Source of the DNA: an uncultured Myxococcales bacterium
Lineage (GTDB): Bacteria > Myxococcota_A > Polyangia > Polyangiales > Houyiibacteriaceae
Length of the DNA stretch: 32,607 nt
Direction of reading: 5' to 3'
Assembly: GCA_965365555.1 (NCBI GenBank)
Contig: CBDUCC010000003.1
Coordinates: forward strand, 1-32,607
The notes under the pieces: model-generated
What the model saw: only the letters and a program-made list of their open reading frames with translations
What the model was told of the DNA's origin: nothing
Databases searched by the model: none
Shown here: positions 18,400-27,421 of the stretch, one piece after another
How the letters are laid out: each line of letters opens with the position of its first letter
How positions within the stretch are numbered: the first letter of the stretch is position 1
Program-made: the position numbers and the translations under genes

Positions 18400-20117
18400 T
18401 AGATCGTCTCCGCCGGTACTCGAACGAGGAACTCGTCCGAAGAAAAGAAAGCAGCGATCGCCTCGACGATGTCGCCGTCTGCATTGTTGAGAGCCTCGTG
18501 CGCCTCGTTCAGTGCGCAGCCGTCTGCCTCGAGTCGAGGCTGGCCACGGAAATACTCGTACACATGTGCGACGAAGCACTGACGCACCGTGTCCGAAGCA
18601 CTGAGACGTTCCATGAGCTCCCTGACGCCGTCGTACGGGCCGTCTTGGTCGCCGGTCCCGGTGATTTCACCGGTCGCATCGACGGGGCGACCGGCCTCGA
18701 TCTCGCGCTCTCGCCCAAGGTGGTCGAAACCGGCAAATCCGTAGCCGAGTGGATCCATCAGCTTGTGGCATCCCTGACAGCTCTCGTTGCTCACGTGCTC
18801 GCTCAACGACTCGCGCATGGTCTTGTCCTCGCTGAGGTTCAGCGGTGGGACCGCGCTAATGTCGATCGGCGGAATCACGCCACAGAGCAGGCTCTCTCGG
18901 ATGAACTTCCCGCGGCGGATCACGTCGTTGTGGTCCAGCTGAGAGAAAGCGACCAGCCAGCTCGGCTGGGTCATGATGCCCACCCGCTTTTCCGAGTCGA
19001 ACCAGACAAGCTCGGGCGAGGCTGCAACCGGGCCGGCATAGTCGTTGGACTGCGCCGTGGCGTCCTGCACGAAGCCCCAGTCGGCCAGAAGTAGCGTGTC
19101 GAGCAGATCTCCACCCTCCGACCGTCGGAGCGCCTCGCGGACGAACTCGGCCGTATCTTCGGCGAGCGCATCGGGATTGTGGAACGGAAAGTCCATGACC
19201 TCCTTGGCTACCGCGTTAACATCGTCGTAGCGGAAGAACTCGCGGACGAAGCGTTCGATGACGGTGCTCTGGTCGAGATCCATGAGCAGACGCGTGACCT
19301 CGGAACGGATGACTTCCGGATCTGAAAGACTACCGTCGCGCGCGGCATCCCAGAGTTGTTGGTCGGGCGGACCATCGGTGAGCGTATACGAGAGAGCCGA
19401 CGCGATCTCGTATGGGGTCAATCGATAGCTGCCATCGCCCACTGGCTCACCGAGCTCGGAGCGAAATAGGAAGCTCGGCGAGCTGAGGAGGGCCTCGATG
19501 GCCGTGGCGAGTGCCGCCTCATCCCCGAGGTCCAGAATGCGGTCGTCCATCGCGAGTGCGACGAAGGTGTCGAGGTCCGCGGAGTCGAGCTCACGACCGA
19601 AGAGCAGAGCGCCCTTCTCCGAGATCAGCTCGCGCGCACAATCCGCATCGAGACCGTTCGCCGCGCATGAATTGCCCTGGACGAGGTCCTGGGCGACGCT
19701 CTCAGCAACCGACGATGCGGATTGCAGCACCGACTCGACCTCCGCCTCCCCGACGAAGTACGAGCTTGCTTTCGTCGTGAAGCGGTCAGCCGTGTTCGGG
19801 CTCTGAAACGGACTCGCGACGCTCGTCGCGCTGCGGTCTCGGTTGCGGTCGTTCGAACGTCCCCGGCCGAGCACGTCGATGGCCCGCGCGTATTGCGCCC
19901 CATTCAGTCGGACCAGTCGGGCTTCAGAAGGCTGAGGCGCGGCCGTCTCGCAGGTGAACAGGCTTTCCACGGTGCTCACCGCGGGCACGCCATCTGAACC
20001 AGTTCGAGCGGAGCCGGAGGCATCGGCGTCGGAGCCGAGGTCCCCGATCACCCCTGAACATCCGGTGAGAACCAATGCCGCTCCCGCGATCCCGAAGGCG
20101 CCGCGAACCCCATTCAT
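18399..20117 (-). CDS. DUF1592/DUF1588-family lipoprotein with a single CxxCH
   Basis: Lipobox LVLTG-C, RLNGAQY, LLSSPSFLFRSE, LTPYEIASALSY...GPPD, RGKFIRESLLC, CQGCHKLMDPLGYGF..FD..GR. The start is ATG 20117 or GTG 20135. Confidence 0.85.
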   Translation of the reverse strand: MNGVRGAFGIAGAALVLTGCSGVIGDLGSDADASGSARTGSDGVPAVSTVESLFTCETAAPQPSEARLVRLNGAQYARAIDVLGRGRSNDRNRDRSATSVASPFQSPNTADRFTTKASSYFVGEAEVESVLQSASSVAESVAQDLVQGNSCAANGLDADCARELISEKGALLFGRELDSADLDTFVALAMDDRILDLGDEAALATAIEALLSSPSFLFRSELGEPVGDGSYRLTPYEIASALSYTLTDGPPDQQLWDAARDGSLSDPEVIRSEVTRLLMDLDQSTVIERFVREFFRYDDVNAVAKEVMDFPFHNPDALAEDTAEFVREALRRSEGGDLLDTLLLADWGFVQDATAQSNDYAGPVAASPELVWFDSEKRVGIMTQPSWLVAFSQLDHNDVIRRGKFIRESLLCGVIPPIDISAVPPLNLSEDKTMRESLSEHVSNESCQGCHKLMDPLGYGFAGFDHLGREREIEAGRPVDATGEITGTGDQDGPYDGVRELMERLSASDTVRQCFVAHVYEYFRGQPRLEADGCALNEAHEALNNADGDIVEAIAAFFSSDEFLVRVPAETI

Positions 20118-20209
20118 GATGTTTCCCCAAGTCACGATGCCTTAATCTTTTGGGATGAATCCCCGCCGATCAATTCCTCCATCAGCTGTTTTACGGATCT
20201 ATACACGGG

Positions 20210-20255
20210 CTTACAAATGACCCCATAGGATGTAAGATGTAGGTTATTATCTTAC
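20210..20255 (+). promoter_or_regulatory. Candidate sigma70-like promoter overlapped by a palindrome, upstream of the flippase
   Basis: CTTACA-N17-TAAGAT (20210-20238) and inverted repeat GTAAGAT-N10-ATCTTAC (20232-20255), in an AT-rich divergent spacer. Confidence 0.35.
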
Positions 20256-20415
20256 CTTATTGAGATCCCGGGCCTCAGGTGGCTGGACTCCTAGGAAATT
20301 GGCCCGCAAGGAGCGAATCAGCCCACCATGGTTTCGTCACGGCGCATCCGCGGACCACGCGGCCGCCCTCCCACGTCGCGGACCGCGACTCCGCAGCCAC
20401 GGACCCCGCAGGACT

Positions 20416-21765
20416 ATGAGCGCCGACCCCACCACACAAGAACAGCCGCGCTCGGGTTCCCTCAAGCAGATGGCGCTGCGCGCGGCTTCCTGGAGCGTGG
20501 GCGGACGTTTTCTGGGTCAGGCTCTGCGCCTGCTGAGCAACATCGTTCTCGCACGCCTGCTGTTTCCGGAGGCGTTCGGTCTGATGGCGATCGTGGCCGT
20601 CTTCCTCTACGGACTCAAGATGTTCTCGGACCTAGGGGTCGGTCCGAGTATCGTTTACGACAGCCGCGGCGAAGACGACGCCTTTCTGGATACCGCGTGG
20701 ACGATTCAGATCGTTCGCGGTGCGGTCATCACCGCGGGCGCTGTCCTCATCGCATGGCCGGTCGCCCAGATCTACGAGGAGCCGCAGCTCACTTCGCTAC
20801 TCGTCGCCGCTGGGCTCACGGGAACCATCCAGGGCTTCGAGTCGACAGCCGTCTACACGCAGCAGCGGAAATTGATGCTGGCACGAGTCGTCCAACTCGA
20901 GCTCTTCTCACAGCTCGTGAGGTTCGTCGTCATGGTCGGATGGGCCCTCCTCAGCCCGACGGTTTGGGCGCTGGTCGGCGGAAGCCTCGTCGGGACGATG
21001 TCCAAAACGATCCTCAGCCACTACTACCTCCCGCGCCGGAAGCACCGACTCCATTGGGAGCCCGACGCCGTGCGTTCCGTCTTCCGCTTTGGATCGTGGA
21101 TCTTCCTGAGCTCGATCTTCACGTTCGCCGGCGTCCAGGGCGACCGGCTGCTCCTCGGATACTATCTCGGTGTTGCACTGCTCGGCGTCTATCACGTCGC
21201 CACGCGCTTCACGGAGTCCCTCGGAACGCTCCAGGGTCGCCTGATGCGCTCTGTATTCTTCCCAGTGTTCAGCGAGACGTTTCGATCGGAACCTCAGTAC
21301 CTGGTCAAGCGCTACTACAAGACTCGGCTTTACATGGACCTGCTCTTCCTCCCGGGTGCGGGACTCCTTGGCGGCGCCGGCCACCTCATCATCGGGTTGC
21401 TTTACGACGCGCGCTACGAAGAGGCGGGGTGGATCTTGCAAGCGCTGAGTATCCAAGTCGGGATGAGCATCATCGTGACACCGGCGGAGACGTTGTTGTT
21501 CTCGACCGGGAAGACCTTCTACGCCTTCGCACGTAGCTTCTCGAAGGCAGTGTGGATCCTCATTGGAATTCCACTGGGTTGGCACTTGGCTGGCCTTCCA
21601 GGTGTGGTATGGATTGTTGCCTTGTCGGAGCTTCCCGTTCTCCTCGTGACCTGGTCGGGCCTGATTAAGGAACGACTGTTCAGGCCAATCTTCGAGTTGC
21701 GTTCGTTCGCCATCTGGGGCGCGGCCGCAGCGCTCGCGTGGCTGGTGGGGGCCGCGATCCAGTGA
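20416..21765 (+). CDS. wzx: Wzx-type oligosaccharide flippase
   Basis: LARLLFPEAFGLMAI, DLGVG, TAWTIQIVRG, GDRLLLG...LGVYHVA, and about 12 TM segments. AGGA precedes ATG 20416. Confidence 0.88.
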   Translation: MSADPTTQEQPRSGSLKQMALRAASWSVGGRFLGQALRLLSNIVLARLLFPEAFGLMAIVAVFLYGLKMFSDLGVGPSIVYDSRGEDDAFLDTAWTIQIVRGAVITAGAVLIAWPVAQIYEEPQLTSLLVAAGLTGTIQGFESTAVYTQQRKLMLARVVQLELFSQLVRFVVMVGWALLSPTVWALVGGSLVGTMSKTILSHYYLPRRKHRLHWEPDAVRSVFRFGSWIFLSSIFTFAGVQGDRLLLGYYLGVALLGVYHVATRFTESLGTLQGRLMRSVFFPVFSETFRSEPQYLVKRYYKTRLYMDLLFLPGAGLLGGAGHLIIGLLYDARYEEAGWILQALSIQVGMSIIVTPAETLLFSTGKTFYAFARSFSKAVWILIGIPLGWHLAGLPGVVWIVALSELPVLLVTWSGLIKERLFRPIFELRSFAIWGAAAALAWLVGAAIQ

Positions 21766-22973
21766 AGGTTCTGCTCGCGTCGCCGGCCTGGCCGCCCGAT
21801 CGGTTCGCCAACGGGATCGTGACGTACGTCGACGCCATGCGAGCGGGTCTCGAGGGTCTGGGTGTCGATGTCCGCGTGGTCACCGGGCGCGTCGAGGGTC
21901 CAGCGATCGACGATGGTGTCGTCCTCCTTTCCGACCCTCGCTCAGTTCCGCTGATTCCACAGAAGCGACTGAAGCGCCTCTCGATGCGCGCCCTTGGCGA
22001 TGACTTCAGCTCAATCGACATCGCGCGCCGAATGGTGCGGACGATCCATCGGCTCCAACCGCGCTTCCAGCCTGACGTCCTCGAGATGGAGGAATCGTTC
22101 GGCGCGGCGCATCGAATCGCCAAGAAAATCGACGCGCCCGTCGTGGTGCGGCTTCACGGCCCGTGGTTCCTGAACGGCGACGCACTCGGTGTCCCCAAGG
22201 ACAGCACCTACCAACGAAGGATCGAGCTGGAGGGCGTTGCGATCGAACAGGCCAAGGCCATCACATCACCGTCTGAGGACCTGCTGAACAGGGTGCGGAG
22301 ATTCTACGGATTTGCACTGCCCGACGCGGAGGTCATCCCGAACCCAGCTCCCGAAGTCGACCGAAGCGACCATTGGAAGCTCTCCGAGTGCGATCCGAAT
22401 CTCATCGTCTACGTGGGTCGCTTCGATCGGCACAAGGGTGGTGACCTCGTCATCGACGCTTTCGCTTCGCTCGCCAGCCAACGAACGGAGCTCCGACTCG
22501 CCTTCATCGGCCCCGACCGGGGTCTACAGATTCCGGGTTCAGGAGCCCTCTCGCTCCCGGAGTATGTCTCGATGCGGGTTCCGGACGAGGGGGTGCGGGC
22601 CCGGATCGAACACCTCGGGCAGCTTTCGCCGGACGCGGTAACGAGTTGGCGACGCCGCGCCCGCGCTGTCGTGGTGGCGTCGCGCTTCGAGGTGTTCGGC
22701 ATGGTGCTGGTGGAGGCGCTCGCACTGGGCTGCCCTGTCGTCGGTGCGGACGTGGGAGGGATCTCCGAGATCCTGGAGCACCAAGAGAATGGACTGCTTT
22801 TCCAGAGCTCGAACGCGGCGGATTTAGCTGAGAAACTCGAGACATTGCTGGACGACGAGAACCTCTCGGCAAAGCTCGGCGAACGAGGGCGGCTCGACAT
22901 GGAGCGCCATTTCTCCCGTCGCGTGGTGGCGGAACAGACCAAGGCCCTTTACGAGCGCACCCTAGCGGGCTGA
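21762..22973 (+). CDS. Glycosyltransferase family 4 (GT-B)
   Basis: YVGRFDRHKG and SRFEVFGMVLVEALALGCPVV (E-x7-E). The GTG start overlaps the flippase TGA (GTGA at 21762-21765). Confidence 0.92.
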   Translation: MKVLLASPAWPPDRFANGIVTYVDAMRAGLEGLGVDVRVVTGRVEGPAIDDGVVLLSDPRSVPLIPQKRLKRLSMRALGDDFSSIDIARRMVRTIHRLQPRFQPDVLEMEESFGAAHRIAKKIDAPVVVRLHGPWFLNGDALGVPKDSTYQRRIELEGVAIEQAKAITSPSEDLLNRVRRFYGFALPDAEVIPNPAPEVDRSDHWKLSECDPNLIVYVGRFDRHKGGDLVIDAFASLASQRTELRLAFIGPDRGLQIPGSGALSLPEYVSMRVPDEGVRARIEHLGQLSPDAVTSWRRRARAVVVASRFEVFGMVLVEALALGCPVVGADVGGISEILEHQENGLLFQSSNAADLAEKLETLLDDENLSAKLGERGRLDMERHFSRRVVAEQTKALYERTLAG

Positions 22974-23006
22974 CGGGCGTTCGGATCGTCTAGGGAAGGC
23001 CGCTGG

Positions 23007-23807
23007 CTAGCCGAAGGCTCGGCGGCGAGCGGCGGTAATCAGGTCGAGCGCTGCCGGATGCAGATGCCCATTCGTGGCGACCAGCTCGCCCACCCGTGGA
23101 TCAGTCGCCGAGCCGTCATACCTCGTCAGCGTACCCCCGGACTCGGCGACGACGACCATACCGCCACCGATGTCCCAGGGCTTCAGCGCGCGTTCCCAAT
23201 AGATGTCATAGGTGCCATCGCCAACCATGGCCAAGTCGAGCGCCGCAGAGCCGCAACGTCGAATGCCCCGGGTTTCACGTGCGAAGGCTCCGATCTCGGC
23301 CTCGTTGGTGTCGGAGGTTGCCGCTATGTTCCCGGGAAAGCCGGTGGTGCAGAGCGCCTCGTCGAGGCTCGATCGCGACGACACACGGCAGGGCTCGTCG
23401 TTTCGGAAGGCACCGATGCCTCTTGCCGCCTTCCAGGTAATCCCGAGAGCGGGCGCGTGGACGATGCCGACAAGTCCTTCTGCCTCGCGAAAGAGCGCCA
23501 CCGACACACAGAAATAGGGATGACCGTGTGCGAAATTCACGGTTCCGTCGATCGGATCGACGTACCAGACGAATGCGCCTTCCCCGCTCGCCTCTCCCTC
23601 TTCTCCGACGATGCGGTGGCCTGGAAATGCCGTCCCGATGCGGTCCCGGATGAGCTCCTCGCTGGCGAAGTCGAACTCGGTGACGAGGTCGAACTTACCT
23701 TTTCGGGAGACACTGCCGCTGGCACGGTGGCCTTCCATGATCAGGCGGCCCGCTTCGACAGCGGCACGCTCCGCGACTTCGAACGCTTGCTCCCAGTCGT
23801 CCCTCAT
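23007..23807 (-). CDS. suhB: Inositol monophosphatase family protein (SuhB-like)
   Basis: DLVTEFD, GEE, WYVDPIDGTVNF, RRCGSAALDL, WDIGGG. The family call is firm but orthology to suhB is not proven. Confidence 0.8.
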   Translation of the reverse strand: MRDDWEQAFEVAERAAVEAGRLIMEGHRASGSVSRKGKFDLVTEFDFASEELIRDRIGTAFPGHRIVGEEGEASGEGAFVWYVDPIDGTVNFAHGHPYFCVSVALFREAEGLVGIVHAPALGITWKAARGIGAFRNDEPCRVSSRSSLDEALCTTGFPGNIAATSDTNEAEIGAFARETRGIRRCGSAALDLAMVGDGTYDIYWERALKPWDIGGGMVVVAESGGTLTRYDGSATDPRVGELVATNGHLHPAALDLITAARRRAFG

Positions 23808-23822
23808 CGAGGCGCCCCGCTT

Positions 23823-24851
23823 TCAGTGCACCCAGCGGAGCGAGTCGTTGAGCCGACCGCCATCGAGTAACCCCTGCACGGTCTTGAGCCTGTAGTATCG
23901 CGGACCGAGGAACTCTTCCTCGGTGAGCCCGGCTCGCGTATAGGCATCGTAGAGTTCCTCGATTCCTGCGCGAAGAGTCCATTTCGCTGTGAACCCGGGA
24001 AGCTTCGTTTCGATCTTCGTGAAGTCCACACGATAGTCGCGAATATCAGCGGACGCACCCTCCGCAAAGGCCACCTCGCAGTTGGGGACGACCTCGGCCA
24101 CCATGTTGGCGACGTCTCGAATCCGATAGTTCTCGCCGTTCTTCCCGACGTTGAATGCCTGGTCGTGAATGGCTTCCTGAGGAGCAGAGAGCGCCGCGAC
24201 GAACGCGCCGATGATGTCCCCGATATGAACCAGGGGACGCCAGGGGGTCCCGTCGCTCTTGAGCAGCACTTTGCCGGTGGTCATCGCGTAGCCAACGAGA
24301 TTGTTGACCACGATGTCGGCCCGTAGGCGCCGCGACACGCCGTAAGCGGTCGCATTCCGGAAATAGGTCGGAGAGAACCTCTCGTCGGCGAGCCTCGCGA
24401 GCTCCTGCTCGACGCGAATCTTGGATTCGCCGTATGGGGTCACCGGATTGAAGGCTGCGTTCTCGTCGAGGAAACCGTCTGAGCCGGCGCCATAGAGGCT
24501 GCACGAGGACGAGAACAGGAAGCGCGAAACCTCAGCCTCTTTGGCGGCGCGGGCCAGCGCGATCGACCCCTCGAGGTTGATGTCGTACGTCAGCCCTGGG
24601 TTCAGGTCGCCCAGAGGATCGTTGGAGAGCGCTGCGAGGTGCAAGACCGCGTCGAAGCCCTGGAGATGATCTGCCGTAACGTCTCGGAAATCCTTGATCT
24701 GGAGGGCCTCCACGTCGTCGGGCGGGGCCGCAAAATCACACTCGTCGTAGAGCCCCGTATCGAGGCCGATCACTTCGTGCCCGGCGGCGCGGAGAGCCGG
24801 CACCGCTTCCACCCCGATGTAGCCCAAATGACCCGTCAAAAGTACTTTCAT
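23823..24851 (-). CDS. NAD-dependent epimerase/dehydratase (extended SDR) acting on an NDP-sugar
   Basis: [28 protein letters not shown] (YxxxK), WRPLVHI. Confidence 0.9.
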   Translation of the reverse strand: MKVLLTGHLGYIGVEAVPALRAAGHEVIGLDTGLYDECDFAAPPDDVEALQIKDFRDVTADHLQGFDAVLHLAALSNDPLGDLNPGLTYDINLEGSIALARAAKEAEVSRFLFSSSCSLYGAGSDGFLDENAAFNPVTPYGESKIRVEQELARLADERFSPTYFRNATAYGVSRRLRADIVVNNLVGYAMTTGKVLLKSDGTPWRPLVHIGDIIGAFVAALSAPQEAIHDQAFNVGKNGENYRIRDVANMVAEVVPNCEVAFAEGASADIRDYRVDFTKIETKLPGFTAKWTLRAGIEELYDAYTRAGLTEEEFLGPRYYRLKTVQGLLDGGRLNDSLRWVH

Positions 24852-25040
24852 GGTTGCCTTCCGTTTTCGAAGCTAGCGGACCGGTTCAGGCCACGCAAAC
24901 GAGCCGGATCTCTGTTAGGCAACTCACCGTCGGGGAAGGCCTGCCTTCTTCGAATGGGGCACGTCGGACGTTGGTCGTCCAGGTTGCTGACTGTTAGGCT
25001 TTATACGACCTCAAGTTTTCCATCCAGCAAGGACGAACAG

Positions 25041-25817
25041 ATGAAAGCGGTAATCCTGGCGGGCGGCCAAGGGACGCGGATCAGCGAGGAATCCGGCTTG
25101 CGTCCCAAGCCCATGATCGAAATCGGCGGCAAGCCGATCCTCTGGCACATCATGAAGCTCTATTCGGCAGCTGGCGTCAACGACTTCGTCGTATGCCTCG
25201 GGTACAAGGGCTACATGATCAAGGAGTACTTCGCGAACTACTTTCTTCACACTTCCGATGTGACCATCGACGTCAAAGAGAATCGTATGGAGGTCCACTC
25301 GAAGTACGCAGAGCCCTGGAGGGTGACCCTGGTCGATACCGGAGCAGCGACTATGACGGGAGGTCGTATCAAACGGATTGCACCGTACGTGCGAAACGAA
25401 GATTTCTGCCTCACATACGGCGACGGGGTCAGCGATCTGAACATCCGCAGACTACTGGAATTTCATAAGAGTCATGGACGGACAGCCACCGTCACCGCGG
25501 TCCAGCCACAAGGCCGTTTTGGTTCCGTCCAAGTGGAAGGCGAAGACGGTCGTGTGACGGAGTTCGTCGAGAAGCCCCTCGGAGACGGCCAGTGGATCAA
25601 CGCTGGATTTTTCGTGGTATCCCCCAAGGTCTTCTCGTACATCGACGCGGATGACACGATTTGGGAGCGAGCCCCGATGGAGCGCTTGACCCGGAACGGA
25701 GAGCTCTCAGCCTTCCGGCACGAGGGGTTCTGGCACGCCATGGATACGATGCGCGACAAGGCACATCTCGAGGAACTGTGGGCTTCTGGCAAGGCTCCAT
25801 GGAAGACCTGGGACTGA
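25041..25817 (+). CDS. rfbF: Glucose-1-phosphate cytidylyltransferase
   Basis: [17 protein letters not shown]...[69 protein letters not shown] before ATG 25041. Confidence 0.95.
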   Translation: MKAVILAGGQGTRISEESGLRPKPMIEIGGKPILWHIMKLYSAAGVNDFVVCLGYKGYMIKEYFANYFLHTSDVTIDVKENRMEVHSKYAEPWRVTLVDTGAATMTGGRIKRIAPYVRNEDFCLTYGDGVSDLNIRRLLEFHKSHGRTATVTAVQPQGRFGSVQVEGEDGRVTEFVEKPLGDGQWINAGFFVVSPKVFSYIDADDTIWERAPMERLTRNGELSAFRHEGFWHAMDTMRDKAHLEELWASGKAPWKTWD

Positions 25818-25837
25818 GAGAAAGGATTCGGTGAAGC

Positions 25838-27070
25838 GTGGCACCTACTTGCAGACACTGCGGCAGCCCACTCGAGGTTTCGTTCTGCGACCTCGGGATG
25901 TCACCCCTTGCGAACTCATACCTCGCACCTGAGCAGCTCGACCAAATGGAGCCGTTCTATCCACTGCATGCCTATGTCTGTGGAGAGTGCTTTCTGGTTC
26001 AATTGCAGGAGTTCGAGACTCCTCAGCAGATCTTCACCGAATACGCGTACTTCTCCTCGTACTCGGATAGCTGGGTTGCACATGCGAAGCGCTACGTGGA
26101 TCAGATGATCGAACGCTTCGGCTTCGACAGCTCCAGCCAAGTCATTGAGATCGCGAGCAACGACGGCTATCTACTCCAATTCTTCAAAGAGAGGGACGTA
26201 AGGGTGCTCGGAATCGAGCCGGCGGCGAACGTCGCCCGCGCGGCCGAGGAGAAGGGGATCGACACGCTCGTACAGTTCTTCAATCCTGAGACTGCCAGCG
26301 AACTCGGGGACCGCGGCGTCCAAGCCGATCTTCTGCTCGGCAACAACGTGCTCGCACACGTGCCCGGACTGAATGAATTCGTCCGTGGAATGAAGATCGC
26401 CTTGAAACCTAAGGGCATCATTACGATGGAGTTCCCACACCTGCTTCGCCTGATGCAGGAGAACCAGTTCGACACGATCTACCACGAGCACTTCTCATAT
26501 CTGTCGCTCGGTACCGTAGAGCGCGTGTTCGCGAAGTTCGGCTTGAGGGTGTTCGATGTCGACCAGCTCCCGACCCACGGGGGCTCGCTGCGCATCTACG
26601 CCACCCACACCGATAACGATGCTCGGCCGACGACCGAGAACGTCCACGCGCTCAAACGAGAAGAGCTCGAAGCAGACCTCGGCTCTCTCGACGCCTATCG
26701 GAAGTTCGCAGATGGTGTCAAAGAGACGAAGCGGAAGCTCCTGAACTTTCTCATCGAGGCACGCGAGCAGGGCAAGAGTGTCGTCGGCTACGGTGCTCCC
26801 GCCAAAGGGAACACGCTTCTCAACTACTGCGGCGTTCGCACCGACTTCATCGACTATACGGTCGACCGGAGCCCGCACAAACAGGGCCGTTTTCTGCCCG
26901 GGGTGCACCTGCCAATCTACGACCCCGACCGGATTCGTGAAACGAAACCCGACTACGTTTTGATCCTACCCTGGAACATCAAGGACGAGATCGTGAAGCA
27001 GATGTCCTACGTGCGCGATTGGGGAGGCCGGTTCGTGGTGCCGATTCCCGAAGCGCGAGTCCTGCCGTGA
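25838..27070 (+). CDS. SAM-dependent NDP-hexose C-methyltransferase (zinc-binding N-terminus)
   Basis: CRHC...CGEC zinc site, EIASNDGYLL, NNVLAHVP, FDTIYHEHFSY, THGGSLR, YGAPAKGNTLLN, ILPWN. Confidence 0.9.
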   Translation: MAPTCRHCGSPLEVSFCDLGMSPLANSYLAPEQLDQMEPFYPLHAYVCGECFLVQLQEFETPQQIFTEYAYFSSYSDSWVAHAKRYVDQMIERFGFDSSSQVIEIASNDGYLLQFFKERDVRVLGIEPAANVARAAEEKGIDTLVQFFNPETASELGDRGVQADLLLGNNVLAHVPGLNEFVRGMKIALKPKGIITMEFPHLLRLMQENQFDTIYHEHFSYLSLGTVERVFAKFGLRVFDVDQLPTHGGSLRIYATHTDNDARPTTENVHALKREELEADLGSLDAYRKFADGVKETKRKLLNFLIEAREQGKSVVGYGAPAKGNTLLNYCGVRTDFIDYTVDRSPHKQGRFLPGVHLPIYDPDRIRETKPDYVLILPWNIKDEIVKQMSYVRDWGGRFVVPIPEARVLP

Positions 27071-27365
27071 GCGAGCGGATCCCGATCGGGGGCCCATAGA
27101 TCAACATAGAAGAAGTCGCGTACGCAGCAGAGTCCGCGGCTGTGGGCTGGTACGAGAAGGCCAAGCTCTACGCGCAGTGCTTCCAAGAGGCCTTCGAGCG
27201 ATGCCTCGGCGCAAGGGACCCGATGGCGGTGCCTCATTGGACCTCCGCGATCCATGTGCCGTTGGAGGGCCTCGGAATAGGTCCGGGGACGAGGGGATCG
27301 TTCCCGAGATCACGTGGATCGCGAGCGCAACGAAGTCGCACACGAGCGGAGCCCACAGGGCTTGA
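27067..27365 (+). pseudogene. Truncated, degraded DegT/DnrJ/EryC1/StrS aminotransferase remnant
   Basis: GTG 27067 overlaps the methyltransferase TGA. It reads MSERIPIGGP*INIEEVAYAAESAAVGWYEK...FQEAFERCLGA..MAVPHWTSAIHVPLEGLGIGPG, with in-frame TAG at 27097-27099. After a frameshift in GGGG (27285-27288) it continues DEGIVPEITWIASA. The rest of the gene is absent. Confidence 0.8.
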
Positions 27366-27421
27366 ACCTGCCCTCGGCCATGCGGTTCACGAAAGGACAG
27401 GTCGATCGGATCTGCGCCGTT

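Noticed and set aside
24639-25040. 134-aa N-terminal extension of RfbF in the ORF track
   Set aside because: It overlaps the divergent SDR gene, and the canonical MKAVILAGG start has its own RBS at 25041.
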